DNA of 64,000 bases from Diadema antillarum (Eukaryota). The notes below the pieces were generated by a model. That model did no database searches. It was given only the letters and a program-made list of their open reading frames with translations, and had not been told where the DNA came from. The DNA lies in contig NW_027272137.1 in the NCBI RefSeq assembly GCF_040938485.1, positions 620,001 through 684,000 on the forward strand, read 5' to 3'. Every line of letters begins with the position of its first letter. Within the stretch, counting starts at the first letter, position 1. Of the stretch, positions 40,101 to 49,503 are shown one piece after another. A program made the position numbers and the translations under genes.

Positions 40101-40982
40101 TCTTTTTCGTTCATTTCATTTCATGTCATCACAGTACTGGGCTCAGCCAATGGCTGCTTTTCGACCAGTCTGTGAATTAAAAACACATGTGAATATACAA
40201 TACACTAATTACATAATTGAAATTGATGTAAAATATGGTAGGATAGAAATACAAAACTAGAAACCTGCATAGATGCATAGATGTACAAATTTAAGTTGCT
40301 ACAGAAAAGAAAAAGAGATGGTAAAAAGTTATACATGGTATCATCCAACCATTGATTCTTCAGAGATTTTGAAGACATTTCCTTTTAATTGATTGTTGAA
40401 GCACCAAAGCCCCAAATGCACTATTGACCTTTTTCCAGTTAAGTACTCATGTGGCTCTACTCAGGTGGTTAACTCTTTATGTGCCATGGTGTAAACCCCC
40501 TGTATACCACATTATTCTGAGACAGCAATGTAGTCCTGCTTTGAGAAAACATTCTGCTTTTCAAATCCATATAATGTAATAGATTTGTGTAACTCTCAAC
40601 CTGTAGTGAACAAAGTTGTAGAGAAAATGCCAATCTTTTCTTTGATGTAAATTGTATGACTAATCCATGATAATTTTTCTTTCAAATGACCATTAAATGC
40701 ATGTCGACTGAGTCAGGCGTGCGAACGTGGCACATAAAGAGTTTAAAATGTATTTTTGTTTTTCTTTGGATGGATTCTCAGGACCAGGAGCCATCGCCAG
40801 CTCCCGCCGAGACTCCAGCCGAGACACCTGCCCAAGAGCCAGACACAGCGTCTGCCAAACCACCTGCAGAGCGGCCCAGGGCAGACACCGATGACCTGGA
40901 CTTCGACTTTGACAATCTGGACATCGACGACAACGTGGATACCTCGGAGGTGAATCTTGACGAGGACTTGTTAGAGGATTAG
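14536..40982 (+). CDS. COPB2: Coatomer subunit beta' (beta'-COP), 915 aa, 23 coding exons
   Basis: Exons: 14536-14538 (ATG), 18247-18267, 18675-18791, 19420-19506, 19931-20057, 20927-21075, 21910-22056, 22774-22873, 23276-23418, 23828-23927, 26246-26345, 26921-27031, 28764-28852, 29635-29741, 30398-30541, 31072-31202, 31795-32002, 33362-33472, 35979-36193, 38141-38233, 38972-39149, 40012-40077, 40782-40982. All GT-AG and in phase, 2748 nt. Translation [29 protein letters not shown]...[27 protein letters not shown]...AHFLEKQGF...[10 protein letters not shown] matches human COPB2 throughout. Confidence 0.98.
14910..15565. mobile_element. Foldback-type DNA transposon with 283-bp TIRs
   Basis: Arms 14910-15192 and 15283-15565 are near-perfect inverted repeats (3 mismatches by eye) with tandem CCCTTATAAGTAACCC sub-repeats. 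90-bp GC-rich spacer. ATGT direct repeat on both sides. Confidence 0.85.
15765..17503. mobile_element. Non-autonomous DNA transposon (~1.7 kb) with subterminal repeats
   Basis: TIR TGCACTTGTCAATGTAATGACGCACCCCACTACCCCCGGACATGG and its reverse complement at ~17460-17503. TAA direct repeats. TTTTTGACG arrays. Confidence 0.75.
16560..17006. mobile_element. Nested MITE (CA...TG termini, 7-bp TSD)
   Basis: CATGGCTCGACACTAAC / GTTAGTGTCGAGCCCTG flanked by GCTAAAC repeats. Internal GGTGGCCCG repeats. Confidence 0.7.
19058..19192 (+). mobile_element. L2/CR1-type retroposon 3' tail with (ATT)n microsatellite
   Basis: AAGCGCCATGAGCATC...GCGCTATAGAAGT followed by ~27 ATT units. Confidence 0.55.
20444..20656. 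mobile_element. TA-flanked MITE, TIR CTGTAAAA
   Basis: TA|CTGTAAAAGTGGA...TCCACTTTTACAG|TA. Relatives at 29054-29264, 41537-41746 and 43073-43673. Confidence 0.8.
23994..24086. mobile_element. ~90-bp piggyBac-like MITE (copy 2)
   Basis: TTAA|CCCGTTGAGGAC...GTCCTCAATGGG|TTAA. Confidence 0.8.
24212..24978. mobile_element. piggyBac-like non-autonomous element (767 bp)
   Basis: TTAA|CCCTAACTAGGCCGGG...CCCGGCCTAGTTAGGG|TTAA. Confidence 0.85.
25153..25341. mobile_element. pogo/Tigger-like MITE
   Basis: TA|CAGTGCACTT...GAGTTTACTG|TA. Homologous to 27620-28628. Confidence 0.7.
25340..26083. repeat. 65-bp minisatellite, 11 full copies plus a partial copy
   Basis: Unit TACCACTAGAGTCAGGGTGG-TACCATTGGAGTCAGGGGAGGGGTGG-TACCACCAGACTATAGTGA, starting at 25340, 25405, ... 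26055. Confidence 0.95.
27620..28628. mobile_element. pogo-like MITE interrupted by a nested 815-bp TIR element (27794-28608)
   Basis: Host TA|CAGTGCACTCC...GGAGTCCACTG|TA. Insert GGGTAATTCCATGAAGTTGGG...CCCAACTTCATGGAATTACCC with TA duplication. Confidence 0.8.
29054..29264. mobile_element. TA-flanked CTGTAAAA MITE
   Basis: TA|CTGTAAAAC...GTTTTACAG|TA with TTCGCGAA sub-repeats. Confidence 0.75.
29838..30050. other. Assembly gap in COPB2 intron 14
   Basis: 213 N next to GAG/GGT/GAT simple repeats. Flanking exons join in phase, so no COPB2 exon is missing. Confidence 0.99.
32087..32490. mobile_element. MITE
   Basis: Imperfect TIRs CCCTGCGTTCAGACAATCCCCTGC / GCAGGGAATTGTCTGAATGCAGTG. Confidence 0.55.
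33508..33695. mobile_element. pogo/Tigger-like MITE
   Basis: TA|CAGTCAAACCTG...CAGGTTTGACTG|TA. Confidence 0.8.
34020..34240 (+). mobile_element. L2/CR1-clade LINE 3' fragment
   Basis: Translates as [25 protein letters not shown], the degenerate GDRAFSxAAPxLWNxLP C-terminal motif. Confidence 0.7.
34450..35545. mobile_element. Helentron-associated (HINE-like) element with a nested TTAA-flanked MITE at 34856-35430
   Basis: AACTAG start, CCTCCGCCAAG / CTTGGCGGAGG subTIRs and (AACT)n. Insert TTAA|AGGGAAGCAGTCCT...AGGACTGCGTCCCT|TTAA. A partial relative is at ~39577-39675. Confidence 0.65.
35560..35810 (-). mobile_element. L2/CR1-clade LINE 3' end
   Basis: Minus strand translates as [22 protein letters not shown]...FKSLLKTYL, followed by a GCGCTATACAAAT tail. 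Confidence 0.7.
36222..36653. mobile_element. TTAA-flanked MITE (Kolobok-like)
   Basis: TTAA|AGGGGCATAGTCCCGGT...ACCGGGACCATGCACCT|TTAA. Confidence 0.75.
36840..37204. mobile_element. TTAA-flanked hairpin MITE with 164-bp arms
   Basis: Arms 36844-37007 and 37037-37200 are near-perfect inverted repeats with a 29-nt loop. Confidence 0.9.
39352..39563 (+). mobile_element. tRNA-derived SINE-like element (copy 1)
   Basis: A box TGGTCTAGTGG, B box GGTTCGAATCC and partial cloverleaf. Homologous to 43387-43602. Confidence 0.75.
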
Positions 40983-41536
40983 GGCGATGTCCAGAGATGA
41001 TGAAAGTGGGAGTGGTGGGACGAATTCTCTCCAAGGGTTGTGATGTTTGGTAGTAAGCAGGGCCAATGTTTCTAGTCCTTTGTAAGCTGAGGTCAATCTG
41101 TCATCAGCTAGCATCATATCCTCATTGTTGACTATTTTTTATAACACTTGGTGTCCACCAATATTACATCCTTGGTTTGCTCAATTTAATATTTATATAG
41201 AACATTTAATGTGAAATGTACCAGACATGCAAAACAAGAACTTACCTGCAACTCATAATTTTTGCAGCAAAAGAATTCCCAAAGATACCTCTATATTATA
41301 CCTCGATATCTCTTTCCAACTTGAAAGAAATATCTGTAGCTGAGTTTCAAGCCATGCTGCTATTGCCCTCAAGATGGCTGTGGAAAGATAGGATATTCTG
41401 CTAGTGGCATATTAAGAAGGGGAAGTGTAAGAAGACATCAAAAGCTAAAGAAATGAGTGAATATGAGGTTGGTTTGTTAGGATGATGGTGACTAGGCTGC
41501 CCTCTGGGCCACCCTCTGTGCCTAGTAAGAGTGGGG

Positions 41537-41746
41537 TACTGTAAAATGAATGTTCGTGAGCGTTTTAATTTCGCGAATTTCGCAAACGCCAAGATTCGCG
41601 AAATTAAAATGCTAGCGAAAGTTCTTGTCTACATGATATGCATTGAACGCCAGTGGCAATTCGGGAAAATTTCGTGCCATGAAAAAAGGACGTCAGCTCC
41701 AATTCTCAAAAATATCATGCCGGTTAATATATCAAGTTTTATAGTA
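41537..41746. mobile_element. TA-flanked CTGTAAAA MITE downstream of the COPB2 stop
   Basis: Homologous to 29054-29264. Confidence 0.75.
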
Positions 41747-43072
41747 TACTGGAGTGACTCAAGCATTGGAAATTCCTGCCCTGCTACTGTCCCATAACAC
41801 AACAAAAATATCAAATTTGTAAATATTATAGTGTTATTTGTAATAGTTTCCAACAATTCCTTGGGAAGCAGAAATCGCGTTTCACTGTAAACAGAATGAG
41901 GTCAATAGAAGAAAAAGGTCATATGTATAGTTAAGCATCAGCTCTGAATTTTAATCTCTGTCAGTAGACATTCTTCTTGCTCTTAGTTGGCATGTTGGTA
42001 TCTGAAACATGAAATATCAGAGAAGAGAATAATAAGTAGATATATGTAGAGAGAGAGCTGAGTAACAGTATCATTCTGTTGACACTAGGAGCCACAGCAC
42101 AGATTTTGTTAATACAAACTTTATTATGGAAATGTAGTTCTGCCCTTTTTGCCTGCTTGGTTGCTTTTTTTTTAAGTACCTCAGCCTACCATGAGATGAG
42201 TCTGGATTATCATGGTCTTTTTCTTCTGTTTGTATCATGATATTTAATGAAGTCAGTCTAACATTTTGATATAGTTCATTTCAACAAAAGCTCCAAATGA
42301 TCATAAGTTATGCTTTTCTCTTTTTTTTTCTCTTTATTGGTTGTATAGTTGTGCTTTATATGATGATTACGAGTACTCTGGTAGATAAAATGGGTACCAG
42401 ACTGCAGAGGAAATGTAAAATGTAAATCTAAAATGTGATATATGATGATTTAAGAGAAGGCTTGAGGTTTATCTGTCTGCCTGTACTTATCATGCGTGGT
42501 GTAAGAATGTCTTCGTTTGCAGAAATATGATAGCATTCCTTGTGTTCATGTATGTATCTGGTTTAAACTAATGTGATGAAATAGAATTGGGGGGGGGGGG
42601 GGGGGGTAGGGAGACCAGAGAAGCAACATATGAAGTCTACTTATCTCAGGCTATCTTTACCACTTCACAACAGACTCTCTTTGTTTTGACATTGGTGATA
42701 GAAACAAACCTTGTTTCTCACACGGAGACATTGTTTGCCAGATGTGAAACTTTCTTGGTCAAGTGCGGAGCAGACTAGGGGAGACCGCATGTCAATCATG
42801 AAACAAATGTATAGTGTGTTTCGTGATTGATTCTAGCCAGTCCATGATTTTCTGGTTTTATTTGAATTTCATAATCCTCTTCAGTGCTATGTTCTTCTTC
42901 TTTTTTTTTTTTACATTATCTTCTGTTGCAGCAGAACATGACCAAGTATTTGTTCAAGGTATAATAAACATTCTGTACTGTGAGACAGAGTATGTAACTA
43001 TTACACATCTTCATATTTGTGAGTGCTTGATTTTTGAAGTGCTGGGGGTATTCTTTGGTCTTCTTATGTACC

Positions 43073-43673
43073 TACTGTAAAAGTGGATATTTTTGCACAA
43101 CCAGAAACTAGTGCAAAAATAAAAGCATGCGAATATTTTTGCTTGCTGTATGTTTCAGTAGTTGATGTCTTGACTCTGCAGAATTAAAAACACGTGAAAC
43201 TCTTCTTACCCAGCCGAGCGTCAAAAATTATTGCAACTGATTGACAAATTGCCCTACATCGACGTAAATAAGCACTGCATTGATCAGTGTTTTAGTAGTA
43301 GCCATGATAAAAATCATGGGCGTACATACTCGAGCAGGATTCGAACTTATAGCATGCAGCGGGTACTGCTTTGTTATTCAAATTCACCGCTGCATGCTAT
43401 AAGGATTAGAACCAACACTTGCTTTCGGGCGAAAGCTCGGTGGTCTAGTGGAGATGACGCCTGTCCGGTGATCAGGAGGTCGTAGGTTCGAATCCTGCTG
43501 GAATATGTACGCCCATGATTTTTATCATGGCTACTACTAAAACACTGATCAATTCAGTGCTTATTTACGTCGATGTAGGGCAATTTGTCAATCAGTTGCA
43601 ATGAAAACATCTCGACAGAAGAAATTCATGAATGTGAAAAATTAGTCGTGCGAAAATATCCACTTTTACAGTA
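43073..43673. mobile_element. CTGTAAAA MITE interrupted by a palindromic tRNA-derived element (43230-43602)
   Basis: Host termini TA|CTGTAAAAGTGGAT...ATCCACTTTTACAG|TA. Insert has ~118-bp inverted arms and A/B boxes at 43441-43495. Confidence 0.8.
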
Positions 43674-43986
43674 TCCAGTGTGTGCCTCATTTGGATTACA
43701 GAATGACTGCGCTTTGGGAATGTGACAAACATACATAGATATCATAAATGCAAACATATAGGGAAACTATCTCCAGAAATATGAAATCTGAATGAAAATG
43801 AGCAAAGAAAATACGATTCCATGAGGATTCAACCCCATGGAGTCCCATTTTCTTTGCTCATTTTCTAGTGTAAATAATACCTGTTTGTTTCCAAACATGA
43901 TGACAAAAAAAAAGTAGTACGTGTATCTGTGATTGGATGGGTATGATGAAAGCAAACATGGCTGTGACAATGACTGATGTGAAGAT

Positions 43987-44435
43987 NNNNNNNNNNNNNN
44001 NNNNNNNNNNNNNNNNNNNNNNNNNNNNNNNNNNNNNNNNNNNNNNNNNNNNNNNNNNNNNNNNNNNNNNNNNNNNNNNNNNNNNNNNNNNNNNNNNNNN
44101 NNNNNNNNNNNNNNNNNNNNNNNNNNNNNNNNNNNNNNNNNNNNNNNNNNNNNNNNNNNNNNNNNNNNNNNNNNNNNNNNNNNNNNNNNNNNNNNNNNNN
44201 NNNNNNNNNNNNNNNNNNNNNNNNNNNNNNNNNNNNNNNNNNNNNNNNNNNNNNNNNNNNNNNNNNNNNNNNNNNNNNNNNNNNNNNNNNNNNNNNNNNN
44301 NNNNNNNNNNNNNNNNNNNNNNNNNNNNNNNNNNNNNNNNNNNNNNNNNNNNNNNNNNNNNNNNNNNNNNNNNNNNNNNNNNNNNNNNNNNNNNNNNNNN
44401 NNNNNNNNNNNNNNNNNNNNNNNNNNNNNNNNNNN
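43987..44435. other. Assembly gap
   Basis: 449 N flanked by GAT-rich simple repeat. Confidence 0.99.
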
Positions 44436-47400
44436 TGATGCTGATTGGTAGATGATGCTGCTGAGGGTAATGACACTGAACATGATGACAAACTTGATAA
44501 TGGTAATCAGCTTAACCCTCCCTACACCGGGACTTTTGAAAGTGTGTACAATGCTATGAGGTCTTCTGTGCTAATCAGGACTCGAAGCACGGAAAGGGTT
44601 AATTGAGATAATGATTGCATTTGATGGTGATATGATCAGGTGATCAGGATAAGAATAGAGATGATTCTGTCATGTGTTTGGTTGGATTTGATTTTCCATA
44701 TAAGGAAAATTTGCACTGTATGCTGTTTATGGTCAAGTTGGTTGTATTAAAGGGAGTTGTTTGTGGTGATCGTAAAAGTTCAGAAAGAAAATAAACTTGA
44801 GTAATATATGATGAAATGCTAAGATTTCAAATTTCCAAGAGGAAAAATGTTTGGGTGATGTAGGCCTGCATCTGGATGCCTATCACTTAAAAGGTACATT
44901 TGTCAAAATATTAATCTTTCAAATCATTGCGATAACTCAATAACAAAATAAAAGTAATTCCTTTTCAAGCTTAGTTTGGGGATGTAGTGTATGACAAATT
45001 CTTACATATTGGTCAAGGTGTTTTGACAGCATCAGAAACAAGGCCGAGTTCTGTAACTTCAGCCACATAGGCCCGAATTCACAACGGTGTTTTCGCTCGA
45101 AACCACCGTTGTGAATTCGGGCCATAAAGTCTGGGAGTCTATCCAACACTGGAAACATGAAATGTTAGTCTCATTAGACCGGTAATGGAATAGTTCAGAG
45201 CAAAAACAAATTCTGGGTTTGTTTGGGGCGTTTTTGTTGTTTATTGTTTGTGCTTTGTTGTAGGCAAACATCAATGTACATCGATGTGTTTTTGGTAGGT
45301 TTTATTTCCCACTTTTTTTTTGGGGGGGGGGGTGGGGTCACAAGGAAATTCACTTTTATGTATCACTGTGCATTGAAGTCCCATGCTCTATGGTACTGTT
45401 TCAGCACACTTCATGTACAGCTTGATACGAGGAAGCAATGTGATCGCCATCTTCAGTCAGTTGTCAGTGTGTGTGCAATGAGATTTAGCGTTTCCAAGAC
45501 AAAAAGACGGCTCGAAAGTCACGTGTCAGCGTGAAAAATGGACATTCCTAGTCAGAGAAAAAAGAAATTCCACACTGATAAAGATGTAAAGAAAATAACT
45601 GGTGACGGTAAAGTGCACGTCTTGCTAGAAGTCTCAAATTCCCTTTTTATTTTCTCTCGCTCGGCGGGATTTTCTTTTGGCCCATGTTGTGAGTCGTGTT
45701 TTGAAGATTTCCCGTCCTGTTTTCCAAACATCGTTCCGCGTTGCAGGTGTGAAATTCGGGCTTCTTTCGATAAGGTTTCGTGGACTGGTTCTCGAAGAAG
45801 TCTGAAGGTAGATGAATGGCTTGCCCACAATGATTTTGCTTGGGATTTTGTGAGGAAGGGGGGGGGAAGAGAGAAGTCGGTTATTGTTGACATACCCCCC
45901 CCCCCCCCATTGTTATATATTGGCGGCCAAAATCCTGCAGAAATCTCCGTCCGTTTTAACACACTTTGACGCATAGACAGACATACGGACAGACACGCTC
46001 ACACGACCACACACACATACACACACACACACACACACGCACACTCACACACACACACCGTGTACACATGGTTGTAGTTTGGCCCATTTACTATGTATGA
46101 TAATGATATGATGTCGATGATAATGACGACAGTGGTGATGAGACCGTGGATTACAGTGATGACGACGATGATTAAAATTATAGATTTGTATATATAGGCC
46201 TACATACATATAAATGATAGAATGAGATAATATCAACGAAAATAAGACAAGAAAAACGAGACGCATCCTTCAGAAGAACAATAGAAACAGATAATTATTG
46301 TGTTTTTAAAAGTTATTTTAGGATAGAGGTCGCATCGCAAAGACAAAACTATTTCAATTTTCATGAAAAAAACCGTAGCTTTGTCAGTCTGCCGGAGGTA
46401 TATTTTAGTATTTCAACAACAAAAAAAGTAGATGGTGTGATATGCCAATGTACAAAGCAGAAGACAAAAAAAAAAGTATGAAAAAGAGCAGTGAAAGCCT
46501 CACGAAAATCGGACCTAGCATTAAAAAGTATTATGACAAATCACAGCTTTCCCTGCTGTTGTAAACAAATAGAAAAGAAAGAAATAAAATGTCATAATTA
46601 CCAATAATATAGCAATTACAAATTATCCTGTGAACAAGCCAGGATTGAAAAAACACTTCCCATGTAGAATCACTGATGCGAAGGATATTATTTCTTTGTG
46701 TTCAAAGAATATCAAATGGAATTTTGGTCAAAATTTGAGTGGAGATCAAAAAGAGACGTGAGATTCGATCACATCATCCCCTCGGGCCTCAGTATTTTGC
46801 CTTCTTTATGGGATTATCTCATTTTCCCTCAGTCAAATCATAACCAGTTATTTGCTCCGAAACAAATTATCTAATTCCACAGTTTGTAAAGTTACCAACT
46901 TTCTGGTTTCGATCGTATACTGCCAACTACGAAATAAAAAGAATTGTTTTCTTTCTCATTATTTACGGAGCTGGCTGAAGTTTCCTCCAGGAATATTACT
47001 CCACATTAGCCTTTTTTTTAATCAGAGCAGTAAGGTGTGACGCAGGAATCTTCTACGCGTCTTCTAACATTCATATTTATTCTAATATACGAGCCTCGCG
47101 TCTACAAACGTTGCATTTTTGCTCAGAAAATGAAATGATGATTCAGTGTTCATCTTCACAAATAGGATGCAGTAACAACCCGATAACAATGAAGACACAC
47201 ACAAAACAAATTACTGGAATTTTCGTCGATTGTTGAAGTGTGCGATTGTCATTCTGCCATTTGTCGTCTGCACAGCAAGCTGTCGGAATTTTCGGGAAGT
47301 TTCAACACCAGAGTTCTGCAAAGGCTCGCCGCTGGCGGCCCTGCCATTCGAAGTCACCATCCGGCCGCCGGCTGCCGAGAGCCGGAGGTTGGCTGTCGGA

Positions 47401-48317
47401 AAGATCGGTTGTTGGATAACCGCGGGTATTCAGACTTCCGGTATCGATGGCCATGTTTCCATTAACTCTGTTGTTTTGTTTACCAATAATGATTATCGCG
47501 TTCACATTTTTACTTCAATACGTGTCCACTCTACCGTGCCTTCCTGCCAAACAACCCTACTTCCATCTTTAAAGTCCGTCCATCTCACTGAAGACGGCGA
47601 GCGGGCGGTAGCGTCTATCCTTTCTTTATTCGGCCACTTATCTCATAATAAAAACTTCGGACAAGATAAGCGGTCATTTGATGGACAGCAATGATGAGGC
47701 GTTTTGTTTTTGTCCGAGTGGTCACTGCTCGTTTTGCCCAGAACACGAGTCACATGTAACGATGTCAACAAGTACTGTGCGTAATTTGACATAGCACGTT
47801 TGGCTATAACGAATACATGTTAGATATTTTGTTTTGTACATTTATGCAAGTTGTGTTTCACATGTGTTTGATTAATTTGTTTCGCAAGATGAATAGAAAG
47901 GTTGAATGATCTTTTTGATTTGAACAGCTAGCAATTAATAGGTATCGACGGAAAGATATGCAAAAGAGGGAAATTGTGGATACAAACTTGATAATCAGGG
48001 AAAAAGCTTTTATTTGACTTTGCATATAAACGGTAAGCAAATAATTGAAAGGGAATGCTGATTTTGATAACATACAAATTATATCCTGGTATATATAATT
48101 CTTTCTTATCATCGCAGTAGTTAAAGGCCGAGTTCTGCACGATGACCGTAACTCTCTTTCTCCCTTCCATCACTCCTTGACCTGTTGACCGTTCTCAAAA
48201 ATTACTCCTGTCATGAAGATTTTCTCATCAAAATCATACGTGATACTTGTCTCTTGATAGTTAATGTCAAGACTAGACTCCAGCAGAATATAGAGTCATA
48301 TGCGAAAAGATATAGAT

Positions 48318-48375
<58 letters not shown>

Positions 48376-48429
48376 TTGGTGATTCTATCCTTCTATGAAG
48401 AGTGCTCGATATCCTCAAAGGAAGAGCTT

Positions 48430-49447
48430 TAGACAGAAGTATTGCAACAAGTTCACTCGGTTGACATCAGGTTCATCCGTATTTTATTGCTACTCGGAGT
48501 TTCATGCCACCGATGCATTGAACAATTGTAATTATCATTATTGCGTATTATAAAATGGGTTCAAGAACGTAGCCAATAGGAAGCGCTGAAATGAGTCACG
48601 TGGGCTTTGATTACTTTAGTACCATTGCACTGCAGTAACCAGTGCGCACTCAATCAGTTGTTACAAGTGCGTCGCGCGCTACTATACGTGCTGTCAATCC
48701 CGTAAACAACTTCTAGTTCGGGCTGCCGGCCGGCCTTACTTGTGTGCATAACATATTATGTGGCGTACGTATACAGTACTCTTATACGTACAGTACTTAC
48801 ATGTGCGGGATTTCCGAGTGCGACGTGCTTGACTCGACTCTCTCTCTCGAGTGCTACATAGCTGACTGGTATTGACCCACAAAGGTACGTGAAAAATGCT
48901 AGTGTTAGTTTTCGACCCATTTTATAAAACAAATGATGCACAGGATTATTTCGTGGTGTTAGTGGAGATGCAGCTCACTCTCGCGTATTTACAATGTAGT
49001 GCAACATGCACTCGGCTTCGCCTCGTGCATGTTTCACAATTGTAAATACCCTCCAGTGCGCTACGCCTCCACTAACGCACTCTATCCTGTGCATCATTTG
49101 TATAATAATGAATGTGATTTAGTATGCGCTGGTAACTACGGTCATAGCGCACAAGCTTATGGTGTCGATGCATTGTCCAACGGTTTAATCATTGCCCGAT
49201 ATACGTAATAATGGATATGATTAAGTGCGCACTGGTCCCTATGGTCCAGGCGCGTATAGTTTGTTTTGTTTTGTTTTTGTTTTGGTATCACGCGCTAAAA
49301 ATGCGTTAATTCAATCCAAATGCATTTCTGGGATGTATTTAATCATTGCCTGATGATTGCCCCTAAATGAAGGTGGCATGAAACTCCAAGTAGCAATAAA
49401 ATACGGATGAACCTGATGTCAACCGAGTGAACTTGTTGCAATACTTC

Positions 49448-49453
<6 letters not shown>
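48430..49453. mobile_element. ~1-kb non-autonomous DNA transposon with 82-bp TIRs
   Basis: 48430-48511 and 49372-49453 are inverted repeats with one mismatch (TAGACAGAAGTATTGC...). The right end abuts (TA)n. Confidence 0.85.

Positions 49454-49503
<50 letters not shown>

Noticed and set aside
43420-43445. Third hammerhead suggested by GAAAGCTC
   Set aside because: No CTGANGA box or stem II upstream in either copy.
43434-43506. Functional tRNA gene (GGT-like anticodon loop)
   Set aside because: The acceptor stem pairs only partially, position 33 is C, and the unit is embedded in a repeated element. Treated as tRNA-derived.
29616-44491. Long ORFs spanning N runs (29616-30146, 43767-44491) and His/Thr/Ile-rich ORFs at 18957-19226 and 57335-57942
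   Set aside because: Artefacts of assembly gaps and simple repeats.
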